From IMG/VR virus record IMGVR_UViG_3300032931_001151, positions 150,201 to 214,200 of that record: 64,000 nt of DNA. One strand, 5' to 3'. The notes under the pieces are model-generated. The model saw only the letters and a list, made by a program, of their open reading frames with translations. It was not told the DNA's origin and ran no database searches. Each line of letters begins with the position of its first letter. Position 1 is the stretch's first letter. Below, piece after piece: positions 9,012 through 18,573 of this stretch. The position numbers were made by a program, and so were the translations under genes.

Positions 9012-10528
9012 GTCTAATTAGCAAAGATATATACATCGTAAAACTCAATAACGTTTGGGGTCAAATTTCATGTGAAGACTATGAAGTTATTGAAGGTGCA
9101 TATCAACAATTTGGTTTATTTGCAGATGGATATTTCTTTGATAAAAGATATAAGGCTGGTATATGGGATGGAAAGGTTCGAGGAGTTAGAAGAGATGGAA
9201 CGTTCTATCTTGGATTATATAAAGAAGTTAAAGACTATCTTGAAAAACAATCAGAATATTCATTACAAATAGATCCAAAGTTTATTTCTACCATTGAAGA
9301 TAAAGAAGAGTTAAAAGATGACTTAGTGATAGTTACTAATAAGATGTTAGATTCTGTTAAATGTGATCTCTCTCCTAGATATTATCAATGGCGGGCCGCA
9401 CTTAAGGCATATTATTATAAAAGAATGATAGTAGAGCATTGTACTAGTGCGGGTAAGTCATTAACTATTGCTATTATAATAAATTACATATTACATAAAA
9501 ATCCAAATTTTAAAATATTAATATTAGTCCCAAGGCTTGATCTTGTTGAACAAATGACCGAAGATTATACTAAATATGGAATTGATCCTAGTAAAATGGG
9601 AAAATTTACCGGAGAATTTAAAGATTTTAATGAACAAATAATAGTTAGTACTTGGCAAAGCATGAACTCTCAAAAATTTCTTTTGGGTAAATTTAATGCT
9701 ATTATAGCTGACGAATGTCACTCTTTAAAAGCTTCCGTAGTTAGATCGGTTGCGGAAGATGCTATTAATGCTGAGTATCGGATAGGAATGACTGGTACTA
9801 TGCCTGATCCGCCGGCAGAGCAAATGCTAATTAAAGGAGTTTTAGGTTTCGTCGGTGATATAGTTAAAGTAGCCGAATTGGCCGAACAAAAAATGATTGC
9901 GATACCGAAAATACATATACCTTATTTGAAATACTCTAAAGAAGATGTTAAGTCTATAGTGTCAGCACAAAAGAATCTTGAAGGAAGAGACGCTTATAGG
10001 TTTGAACAAGAGTTTTTATTTAATCACGATAAAAGAAATGAATTAATTTATAAAATAACTAAAAAGTTCATTCAACGAAAGCAAAATATTCTTATATTAG
10101 TTTCTAAACATGACCATTGTGAAAAAATTAAAGAAAAGTTAATGAGTAGGGGTATTATACCACTAGTAGTCACGGGCGAATTAAAAGATATGGGTGAAAG
10201 AAATAGAATTAGAAAATCATTAGAAGATGAAGGCGGGCAAGTCATATTAGCAACGGTTGGCGTTTATTCAACCGGTATTTCAATTAAGAGACTACATGCT
10301 ATAATATTTGCGGCGGCAGGTAAAAGTAAAATCCAAACATTACAATCTGTTGGTAGAGGTCTTAGACTAGATAAGAGGAATGACAAAACTCAATTATACC
10401 TTTACGACTTTGCCGATGATTTGAAATATTCTAATGACGGGTTAACAACCCGAATGGAATATTATGCTAGAAATGAGTTTAATGTTAAAATTAAGGAAAT
10501 AGATCTTTATGCCGAAATTCCAGAATAA
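9008..10528 (+). CDS. uvsW: UvsW SF2 helicase
   Basis: TSAGKS Walker A; DECH; GMTGT; STGISIKRLH; QSVGRGLR. Confidence 0.93.
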   Translation: MSLISKDIYIVKLNNVWGQISCEDYEVIEGAYQQFGLFADGYFFDKRYKAGIWDGKVRGVRRDGTFYLGLYKEVKDYLEKQSEYSLQIDPKFISTIEDKEELKDDLVIVTNKMLDSVKCDLSPRYYQWRAALKAYYYKRMIVEHCTSAGKSLTIAIIINYILHKNPNFKILILVPRLDLVEQMTEDYTKYGIDPSKMGKFTGEFKDFNEQIIVSTWQSMNSQKFLLGKFNAIIADECHSLKASVVRSVAEDAINAEYRIGMTGTMPDPPAEQMLIKGVLGFVGDIVKVAELAEQKMIAIPKIHIPYLKYSKEDVKSIVSAQKNLEGRDAYRFEQEFLFNHDKRNELIYKITKKFIQRKQNILILVSKHDHCEKIKEKLMSRGIIPLVVTGELKDMGERNRIRKSLEDEGGQVILATVGVYSTGISIKRLHAIIFAAAGKSKIQTLQSVGRGLRLDKRNDKTQLYLYDFADDLKYSNDGLTTRMEYYARNEFNVKIKEIDLYAEIPE

Positions 10529-12353
10529 TAGTAAAAAAAGGATAGATATTATATATCAAGGAAGAAAGATAGTAATTCCAATTGGCGGATTTATTGAAGG
10601 ACCGCCACATTTAAAATTATATAAGGGACTTGAATTATGTATAGATGCTACTAATAAGGTAGCACTCAACTCCTCCAAAAAAATAGAGTCAACTTTAGAT
10701 ATAAACCAAGAGAATATAAACAACATAAATAAAACAATTCAATATATTAGCGATTATACGACTCTACCATCTATATCTATTTGTATATTAACAAAGAATA
10801 AATTACATTTTATCTCCGATTGCATAAATTCTATTCTTGATAAAGTTAAATATCCTAATACAAAAATATTGTTATTTGATACTGGAACAACCGAGCAAGA
10901 AGTTTTAAATTATTATAAAACACTTTCTAATACAAGAATACCTATTATTATTCATAATATAGGAAAATATCATTTTTCAACAAATTACAACGATGGAATA
11001 TTTAAATGCGTTGATACTGATTATTGTCTAATTCAAAATAATGATACTATTGCGTTGAATGATTACGTTAGTAAATTAATGAAAATTTCTATTATTGAAA
11101 AAGTGGGTGCTTGTGGACCTAGAATGTTATATAAAAATGGCACTATACAACACGACGGTCAATATATGTTTAACCATCAAGTAGGATCCGGATTTGTTAA
11201 TCCAGGCCATTTAGGAATGGGAAAATTACCATCTGAAGTTGGAGGAGGTAGACATCTAGTTGATGGCATAACTGCGGCAGGTCAACTTGTTAGAACTAAA
11301 TTATTTAAGAAATTAGGAGGATTTAATACTAATTTTAAAGACATCTATCAAGATGTCCATTTTAATATGACATTAAGAGGGAATGGATATATTTCTATTT
11401 GTGATAGAGATGCGGTAATTAATCACTATGACAATTCTTCTCGTAAAGATTCGTTTCATATACAGGAAGAAGTTGCAAAGATGTGGAAAGATAGTAACTA
11501 TCTATTCCATGAATTAATCCCTCGTGATGGCACATTACGGAATTTTAAAAGAAAAACGCCAATATTTAGCATTATTACATTAGTAAACGATAAAAAACAA
11601 TATATTGATTTTCTAGAAGATCTAAAAAATCAAAAATTTAATGGAATATTTGAAGTAATAGCCTTGCCAAATTTTAATGACGAATATAAAAGTGCAGCGG
11701 AAGCACTTAATGTTGGTAAAGATATAGCAGAAGGTGACTATGTAATGTATTGTCATCAAGATTTAAAAGTTCCATGTGATTGGCTTCTAAAAATATCAAA
11801 TAATATAAACTCATTAAATATGAAATCTATTGGGTTTCTTGGAATGGCTGGAGTTCTTTACAAAGAAGAAAATAATAAAAAGCAAGATGCTGCCATATTT
11901 CTTTCTAATTTAAATAGCAATAAACAAAAATTGTCGGATTACTATATGAAATTAGTGGGAGACAAACTTGAAGTTCAATGTTTAGACGAATTATGTATTA
12001 TAGGGTCTAGATCTGACCGCTATAGATTTGATGAGATTAATTTTGATCACTATCATTGGTATGGAGCCGACATATGCTTACAAGCATTGGTAGATAGTAG
12101 AAAGAATTATGCCATTAATGCCGAATGCTATCATTTATCCAATGGAGTATCCAATTTCAATAGAAGTGGGCATAGTGAAAAATATATAGAAGGTTCAAAA
12201 AAACTATATATTAAGTGGACACCTAAAATAAGTGAATTTAGAACAACTACCGCAACGTTCATTAAATCTACGAAAACTATTAAATTTTTAGTATATAAAG
12301 TATTACCAAATGAATTAAAAAAGAATTTTATTGAAACAATCTTAATGACTTGA
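10509..12353 (+). CDS. Two-domain GT-A/GT2 glycosyltransferase
   Basis: SICILTKN; NND; QDVHFN; second domain SAAEALNVG...CHQD...CLDELC..YGADICLQ. Confidence 0.85.
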   Translation: MPKFQNNSKKRIDIIYQGRKIVIPIGGFIEGPPHLKLYKGLELCIDATNKVALNSSKKIESTLDINQENINNINKTIQYISDYTTLPSISICILTKNKLHFISDCINSILDKVKYPNTKILLFDTGTTEQEVLNYYKTLSNTRIPIIIHNIGKYHFSTNYNDGIFKCVDTDYCLIQNNDTIALNDYVSKLMKISIIEKVGACGPRMLYKNGTIQHDGQYMFNHQVGSGFVNPGHLGMGKLPSEVGGGRHLVDGITAAGQLVRTKLFKKLGGFNTNFKDIYQDVHFNMTLRGNGYISICDRDAVINHYDNSSRKDSFHIQEEVAKMWKDSNYLFHELIPRDGTLRNFKRKTPIFSIITLVNDKKQYIDFLEDLKNQKFNGIFEVIALPNFNDEYKSAAEALNVGKDIAEGDYVMYCHQDLKVPCDWLLKISNNINSLNMKSIGFLGMAGVLYKEENNKKQDAAIFLSNLNSNKQKLSDYYMKLVGDKLEVQCLDELCIIGSRSDRYRFDEINFDHYHWYGADICLQALVDSRKNYAINAECYHLSNGVSNFNRSGHSEKYIEGSKKLYIKWTPKISEFRTTTATFIKSTKTIKFLVYKVLPNELKKNFIETILMT

Positions 12354-12363
12354 AAGAATTATG

Positions 12364-12392
12364 TTGAAGAATATGTTTTTGGATTGTATAAT
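12364..12392 (+). promoter_or_regulatory. Sigma70-type promoter facing an ORF-free region
   Basis: TTGAAG(12364)-17 nt-TATAAT(12387). Confidence 0.55.
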
Positions 12393-12881
12393 GAATAGGT
12401 CGCTCTTTAAAACTATCTTATCTAATGGAGATATAAAAGTACATTAGAGATTTTTAGACATCATTTTTATTAAAATGATTCCACGATGCTACATATAAGG
12501 TTATTATTATCCTTATATTCTGGAGAGAAGGGTTGGAGATCCTGTAGTATGGTACGCTAGTGATAGTCTACCCAACAAATTGCTTTGACGGTAATCATAT
12601 AGTTTAATTGATTACTAACACGCAAAAAAAATAAATTATACATAAAACTAATCAAAGTATAACTCCGCAACTTAGGAGTTTATTACCTCTACTTAAGCTA
12701 AAATCTTCTTTAGTGGCTACTAATTAACCAAAGTGGTGGAAGTAACTAAAAAGAAATAAAAGTTCGTGTAACTTGAAATAACTAGTAAAAAGCCTTCTTA
12801 AAAGAAAATGTAAATAAAATAACACGGAAGGATTTTAAGGAAGAATTGTTTTTAATTTTGTTTTATATAATAGATAATAAA

Positions 12882-12908
12882 AAACCACCATATTGTGTAT
12901 GGTGGTTT
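12882..12908. terminator. Intrinsic terminator (A-tract on the left; likely ends the gp47-gp46 transcript)
   Basis: AAACCACCATA-ttgtg-TATGGTGGTTT. Confidence 0.8.
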
Positions 12909-12931
12909 AATTTAATAAATATGTTAATGTA

Positions 12932-14752
12932 TTATATAATTTTATCTATTGAAGTAAATTCATTCTTTTTAATTAAATGTATAATACTATCAAATATTTC
13001 TTCACCCAGTTCTTTTTTATGTGAAATAATGTAAATACATTTATCAGGACAATTAGTTTTAAATCCATTCTTTAAATGCTCTAAAAATGATTCGGCTCCT
13101 ACGGTATCCAATGATGTATCAAGTACTTCATCAAGTACTAATATATTTGTATCAATTGAATTTCTCTCTTTTGATACATCCATTAAAGCAAGAAGTAATG
13201 CTAAATCTATTCTTTTCTTTTCTCCACCAGAAAACGACTCGTATGATCTTATATCTTTATTTCTTGCTATTAATTTTTCTTTTAGTTCACTATCAAACGT
13301 AATAGTATAATCGGAACCTAACATTGATAAGTAAAAATTAACTTTTTTGTTCAAAATAGGTAATACTTTCATCGTTACATATTTTCTTACACCATCTTCT
13401 CCAAGTAAACCTCTAATAAATTTATTGTACTTAAAGTCTTTTTGGGCAATATTAAATTTTTCTTCGGCTAATTTAACTAAATTTTCTAATTTATTATATT
13501 CTTGTTGGGATATAATCTCTTTTATTTCAAGTTTTCTTTTAATTTCTCTTTCTAAGTTATCATTAGAATTTTTAATTGACATTTCTAATTCACGAATTTT
13601 ATTTTTAGCCATTCGTAATTTATCAACATTATCTTCAAGTTTTGAAATTTTTTCTGTTATTAATTTTGAATTTGTATAACATTCGTTAATAAATGTAGTA
13701 TATTCATTAATTTTTTTATTTAAGTCGTTAACTTTAAGTTTTAAATTATTAACATATTCGGTAATTAATGGATTATTGGTTGAAGTTTGGCATAGCGGAC
13801 AATGTTCCGTATGTTCAAGTTTAGCCAATACACTATTATTCATTTTTATTTCTGTTTCTAATTTTGATTTATCATTAATATAACCATTTCGTTTAATTGT
13901 AATATCATTAAGTTCTTTCTTCAATGTATGAAGTAAATCATCAAAATTGACATCTTTAATTTTTTCTTCTATCTTATTTTTATTAATTTCAAATGATTGT
14001 ATTTCATCTTTTAAATCTTGAATTCTTTTTTGTTTATCCGTTTCAAACTTCAAAGTTTCAATAAGCAATGACTCTCTTCTATCTTTAGTTAAAGAAAGAG
14101 TATTAACCGCATTCTTTAGATCATTTTCAAGTACTGTTATATCACTTTTGGCATTTAGATGTTTAGTTTTAGCCTTATCACTCATTCTTCCATAGATTGA
14201 AAGAGATAGAATGTCTTCTAACACCGATCTTTTAGATGCAGGATCCATACTTAAAAATGGTACAGAGTGGTTTACATTTAAAATAATCATATTAGTGAAG
14301 CAAGTAAAACTAATTTTTATTTTTTCTTCAAGTAACGATTGGGTGTGTTTAATACTGTCCAATTGAATTTCATTGTCATCTTCCCAAACATCTGGGTTAA
14401 TTTCCCAATCCTTTATATCCTTTTCCCAAATTTTCAATAAATTCGGTTTAATTCCTCTTTCGATTTTATAAGCTTTATCTCCAATTTTGAAAGTTCCACT
14501 TAATAAACATCCATCACCATTTGTAGTATTAATAATTTCATCTTTATTAATATTTCTTAATGTTTTACCATAAAGTAAGTATGTTAACGATTCGGCTAAT
14601 AAAGTAGTTTTACCAATACCATTTCTTATAGTAGTATTTGGGACTAAATTGCCGGTTACAGCATGTATTCCCGGAGTATATTTGAAGGTTGTTGGAATAT
14701 TTCCAAAAGATAGAAAGTTTTGGATAGTTATATCAATGAACTCTAATTTCAT
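12932..14752 (-). CDS. gp46 Rad50/SbcC-like ATPase
   Basis: NFLSFGN; NGIGKTT; coiled coil with CPLC hook; FSGGEKKRIDLA; LDEVLD. Confidence 0.95.
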   Translation of the reverse strand: MKLEFIDITIQNFLSFGNIPTTFKYTPGIHAVTGNLVPNTTIRNGIGKTTLLAESLTYLLYGKTLRNINKDEIINTTNGDGCLLSGTFKIGDKAYKIERGIKPNLLKIWEKDIKDWEINPDVWEDDNEIQLDSIKHTQSLLEEKIKISFTCFTNMIILNVNHSVPFLSMDPASKRSVLEDILSLSIYGRMSDKAKTKHLNAKSDITVLENDLKNAVNTLSLTKDRRESLLIETLKFETDKQKRIQDLKDEIQSFEINKNKIEEKIKDVNFDDLLHTLKKELNDITIKRNGYINDKSKLETEIKMNNSVLAKLEHTEHCPLCQTSTNNPLITEYVNNLKLKVNDLNKKINEYTTFINECYTNSKLITEKISKLEDNVDKLRMAKNKIRELEMSIKNSNDNLEREIKRKLEIKEIISQQEYNKLENLVKLAEEKFNIAQKDFKYNKFIRGLLGEDGVRKYVTMKVLPILNKKVNFYLSMLGSDYTITFDSELKEKLIARNKDIRSYESFSGGEKKRIDLALLLALMDVSKERNSIDTNILVLDEVLDTSLDTVGAESFLEHLKNGFKTNCPDKCIYIISHKKELGEEIFDSIIHLIKKNEFTSIDKII

Positions 14753-14753
14753 A

Positions 14754-15833
14754 TTAGTCCCCCTCTTTCAATGATTCGCTATAAATCTCCATAAGATAAC
14801 TCTTTAACTCCGTTTTATCTATTCCATCTTCGTCTATATCAAGATTTTCTACACATTCCATTAGTAAACTAAATGGATCGCTAATTTTAGTAATATCTAT
14901 ATCGGAATCCTCTACTATTGAATCAATAATAGTGTTTTCTACTTCAAAAGTTAAAGATTCCATGCTTTCTAGTTTTGCTCTTGCTTTTATAAGCCACGAC
15001 TCATCAACTTTTTTATCAATCATAAATTTAATATGATTTCCCTTAATCTTCTTTAAAATAGTCATATTTTTAGTTTCAACATCATTAATGAATACCTTAA
15101 CAAATTCTGGGCTTTTGTCATTTTTTATAAAAGTGTGTTTTTCTTCATCTATATCCCAAATATTAATACCTTTGTCGTCACCATAGTCGCCCCAATTTTG
15201 TTGAAATGGGCATCCTAAATAGGTAACATTATCAATAGTATTCCTTATATGGTAATGTCCAGTAAATACTTTTTTAAAGTTCTTAAATGCTGATATTGGT
15301 AAATTTTCAGTGTCATAAGTACCTCTACTTATTTCAAACCCTCTTACTTCAAAGTGACCTAAACAAAGATCATAGAATACATCATTCGATGAAGTTGATA
15401 GAAAATGAGTATGTTCATTGCCACCCGGAACCAACCAAGGATATGTAATTATTTTTTTGCCGTTTATAGTTTCCGTGGTTACTTTATCAATAATTTCAAT
15501 ATTACCTATATGCCTTAAACAATCAATTGAATTAACATCAATTCTATTTTTATAGTAAATATCGTGATTTCCTAATAATATTTTGAATTTTACGTTAGGT
15601 CTATTGGTTTTATACCATCTAAAGGCATCCATAGCCACTGAAAGGGTTCTTACATTAATATTATTGCGACAATCAAATAAATCACCCAATATTCTTACGT
15701 CGGTTATTTTTTGATTATCTAACACATCAAGAAAAGTCTCGGTTAATAACTTTTTAATTATTTCTAGATATGTTTCACTATTATTACGGCACCCGAAGTG
15801 AATGTCGCTTATTAATGCTATTTTATATCCCAT
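14754..15833 (-). CDS. gp47 Mre11/SbcD-like nuclease
   Basis: ISDIHFG; LGDLFD; GNHD; GHFE; GHYH metallophosphoesterase motifs. Confidence 0.95.
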   Translation of the reverse strand: MGYKIALISDIHFGCRNNSETYLEIIKKLLTETFLDVLDNQKITDVRILGDLFDCRNNINVRTLSVAMDAFRWYKTNRPNVKFKILLGNHDIYYKNRIDVNSIDCLRHIGNIEIIDKVTTETINGKKIITYPWLVPGGNEHTHFLSTSSNDVFYDLCLGHFEVRGFEISRGTYDTENLPISAFKNFKKVFTGHYHIRNTIDNVTYLGCPFQQNWGDYGDDKGINIWDIDEEKHTFIKNDKSPEFVKVFINDVETKNMTILKKIKGNHIKFMIDKKVDESWLIKARAKLESMESLTFEVENTIIDSIVEDSDIDITKISDPFSLLMECVENLDIDEDGIDKTELKSYLMEIYSESLKEGD

Positions 15834-15902
15834 ATCCTATCCCCTTATCTATAGTTCCATTTGTTAATTATAGGTCCAAGAAACGGGGATAAAAATGAAA
15901 TA

Positions 15903-16358
15903 TTAAAGGTCTTCGGCAATAGAAAATGATAATTTTTGAAGAGATACTTTATCTTGATTTTTAATTAAGGCGTCTTTAACCTTACTTTGATGTTTCTCTT
16001 TGTACATAACTTGAATAAATGCTCTTACTATTATAGTAGTACAGTAGCTAAAAGCATCGGTTGGTTTTCCCTCTCTCGTTTTTCTAGTTGGATCGTAATT
16101 ATGACTATATTTTAGAAGATGTAATAGAGCCGTCCCTTCCATATCAGATTTATACGTATAGTCTTTAAAATTATGGGCACTTGATACTCTAGATACATGT
16201 AACATGAATAATTCACCAAGTCTATCGGTGGCTTTACCAGTTTTAGTATATTTTATCAATTCATTAGAATATTCGTCTTTATCAATATAATACCGTGATT
16301 CGTCAGAGAACGTTCTTCTTTTTCTTAGAATAATTCTCTTCTTTTCTTTTTTGGACAT
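15903..16358 (-). CDS. gp55 late-transcription sigma factor
   Basis: YYIDKDEY; NF..YTYK.DM; NYDP; AFSYCTTI..RAF....KEK; consistent with TATAAATA promoters in the window. Confidence 0.85.
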   Translation of the reverse strand: MSKKEKKRIILRKRRTFSDESRYYIDKDEYSNELIKYTKTGKATDRLGELFMLHVSRVSSAHNFKDYTYKSDMEGTALLHLLKYSHNYDPTRKTREGKPTDAFSYCTTIIVRAFIQVMYKEKHQSKVKDALIKNQDKVSLQKLSFSIAEDL

Positions 16359-16482
16359 ATAATATCTCCTTATAGATTTAACTATATTATAACATTAAGA
16401 TACAATATATTGTAAATTATTTAGTTATAAAATTTACGAACTATGTGTTATAATATTTTTATTAATACCTTGAAAGGAATTT

Positions 16483-17526
16483 ATGACTACTCAAAATCAA
16501 CCTGATAAAAATATTGTTAACTTTCCATCAGACAAGAATGGGTGTGGATATTATAGAACATTTATACCCTATGGCTATTTAGCTTGTAAATATAATTATA
16601 ATGTTACGAACCTAATGGAATTCGTATTTGATTTAAATTTTATAGCAAGATCGCAATCTATAAGATTTCAACGTCAAGTAACAGAAGCACAAAAGAAAGT
16701 AGTTTTTGAGTATAAAAAAGTAATTCAACGAGTTGGCGCAAAAACTAAGTTAATTTACGAGATTGACGATAATGTACATGAAATTATGCCGTCCAATATA
16801 GTAGCATATCAATTCTACACCGAGACGAAAAAGAATAATATGCTTCAGATTATGAGGAATGTTGATAAAGTAACCTTTAGTACACAATTCCTTAAAGATT
16901 ATTACAAAGAGAGATTTGGCATTGAAAATTCTATAGTTGTTCCAAATTATCTACCAAAATTCCTTTGGGGTGGAGCCGGTAAGAGAGATAAGTACAAAAA
17001 AGGATCAAAGCCAAGAATTTTATGGGCAGGTTCCGCCTCGCACGTAGGAAAAGGGGGAGATTTAGAATTCTTATTACCTTTAATTAAGAAGACGAAGGAT
17101 GAGTTTGAATGGGTATTCTTTGGTGTAATTCCCCCAGAATTAACTGGTCAATTTGAATTCCACAATTGGTCGGATTTTTATTCTTATCCCGCCGCACTAG
17201 ACGCTATTAATGCGGATATAGCTTTAGCTCCAATTTGTGATAATGCTTTCAATTATGGAAAATCCGATTTGAAATTGCTTGAATATGCGGCATTAGGTCT
17301 TCCCGGAGTATACTCATCAATAGGTGATGGTCTAGGCCCATACGATCTAGTTGAAGGTATTCCATGTGTTAAAAATAATATGGATGAGTGGTATCAAGCT
17401 ATTAAAGGGCTAACTAGCGATCAAGCAAAATGGGATGCGGCACTTCAAGCATCACAAAGAGAATTATCAAAGCGTTGGTTAGAGGATGAGAGTAATATAA
17501 AAGTTTACCACGATGTACATTCTTGA
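16483..17526 (+). CDS. GT-B glycosyltransferase
   Basis: GCGYYR; YEIDD; ILWAGSASH; DIALAP..DN.FN..KSDLKLLEYAALG.P...S. Confidence 0.85.
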   Translation: MTTQNQPDKNIVNFPSDKNGCGYYRTFIPYGYLACKYNYNVTNLMEFVFDLNFIARSQSIRFQRQVTEAQKKVVFEYKKVIQRVGAKTKLIYEIDDNVHEIMPSNIVAYQFYTETKKNNMLQIMRNVDKVTFSTQFLKDYYKERFGIENSIVVPNYLPKFLWGGAGKRDKYKKGSKPRILWAGSASHVGKGGDLEFLLPLIKKTKDEFEWVFFGVIPPELTGQFEFHNWSDFYSYPAALDAINADIALAPICDNAFNYGKSDLKLLEYAALGLPGVYSSIGDGLGPYDLVEGIPCVKNNMDEWYQAIKGLTSDQAKWDAALQASQRELSKRWLEDESNIKVYHDVHS

Positions 17527-17541
17527 TAAAAGGAATATAAA

Positions 17542-17943
17542 ATGGATGACCCAACGAATGTATTAGTTGACCAAGAAGTATCCGATGCCATATCAAAAAG
17601 ATGTGCTGAAGAAAAAAGAAAAGAAGAAATTCGTCAAGAAATGAAGATGGCAGACGCAAGAGCGAAAATGAAAAATAAAAATGTTGTAAATGATGCAAAA
17701 GTAATAGCTCAACCATCGGAAATTGTCCAACCAACAAAAAAAGAAGAAATTTCCGAGCCGATTAAGGTAGAAAACGGAGAAGAGTTGGTAACTAAACAAA
17801 AATTAGTGGAAGTTGTTGGCGGAATAAACAAAAGTTTTGCATGGTTAGAGAAGTTTATACAAGCACAAAATACGCAAAATGCAAAAGTTAATAAATTTAT
17901 TTCAGATATTTCAAAGGCAATTGAAGAATATAATAAAAAGTAA
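17542..17943 (+). CDS. Hypothetical protein
   Basis: ORF with AAGGA SD. Confidence 0.6.
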   Translation: MDDPTNVLVDQEVSDAISKRCAEEKRKEEIRQEMKMADARAKMKNKNVVNDAKVIAQPSEIVQPTKKEEISEPIKVENGEELVTKQKLVEVVGGINKSFAWLEKFIQAQNTQNAKVNKFISDISKAIEEYNKK

Positions 17944-18003
17944 TTTCTATTTTTGATTTTGGATTTATATTATGGTCATCACCTAATGAAAAGGAGTATA
18001 TGT

Positions 18004-18393
18004 ATGGGTAAAAAACCTAACGACGTTGAAGAAGATAAGAAACCACCAAAACCAAAGAAAATTTTTATGTTAACATATGAATTTTGGGACGATGGCGAAG
18101 TGACTTGTTCTAGAATAGAAAAGGTCCCTCAAGAAAGAGGTGCTCCAAAAAATCTTCCTTATTTTGAAGAGAATAAATTAGATTTTGTTACTTCTCTTAA
18201 GTCAAGGTTGGCCAAGGATAAATATGAAATTTTCCAAGAGGTTATAAAAGCAATTTCAATAACGGAAGATGAAATTAAGCATTTTTATGCTCCAACTACA
18301 AAAAAAGTAATGACCAAAGAGGACGCTGATATAGTTAGCGAAGTTAACAAAAAAGATTCTAAAGTAGATGGGTTTGATTTTGAAGAAAAATGA
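18004..18393 (+). CDS. Hypothetical protein
   Basis: ATG 18004 after AAGGAG SD. Confidence 0.6.
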   Translation: MGKKPNDVEEDKKPPKPKKIFMLTYEFWDDGEVTCSRIEKVPQERGAPKNLPYFEENKLDFVTSLKSRLAKDKYEIFQEVIKAISITEDEIKHFYAPTTKKVMTKEDADIVSEVNKKDSKVDGFDFEEK

Positions 18394-18400
18394 AATAATT

Positions 18401-18470
18401 TAAAATTATTTAAAATTATTTAAAATTATTTAAAATTATTTAAAATTATTTAAAATTATTTAAAATTATT
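18401..18470. repeat. Perfect tandem repeat (TAAAATTATT)x7
   Basis: Read directly; 100% AT; preceded by the variant TGAAATAATT. Confidence 0.95.
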
Positions 18471-18472
18471 TA

Positions 18473-18503
18473 AATAAAGGGGAAGTAAATCTTCCCCTTT
18501 ATT
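18473..18503. terminator. Intrinsic terminator
   Basis: AATAAAGGGGAAG-taaat-CTTCCCCTTTATT followed by a T-tract. Confidence 0.85.
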
Positions 18504-18573
18504 TTTTTGTTCTTGGATGTTAAATAGGTAATACATCAAGACGAAACCCCGTCTTACTCAATAGGATATAAAA

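Noticed and set aside
12469-12598. Minus-strand mini-ORF MITVKAICWVDYH*RTILQ... with one in-frame TAG
   Set aside because: No SD, only about 42 codons, and plausible by chance.
18401-18470. Possible CRISPR array
   Set aside because: Contiguous 10-nt units with no spacers, and no cas genes in the window.
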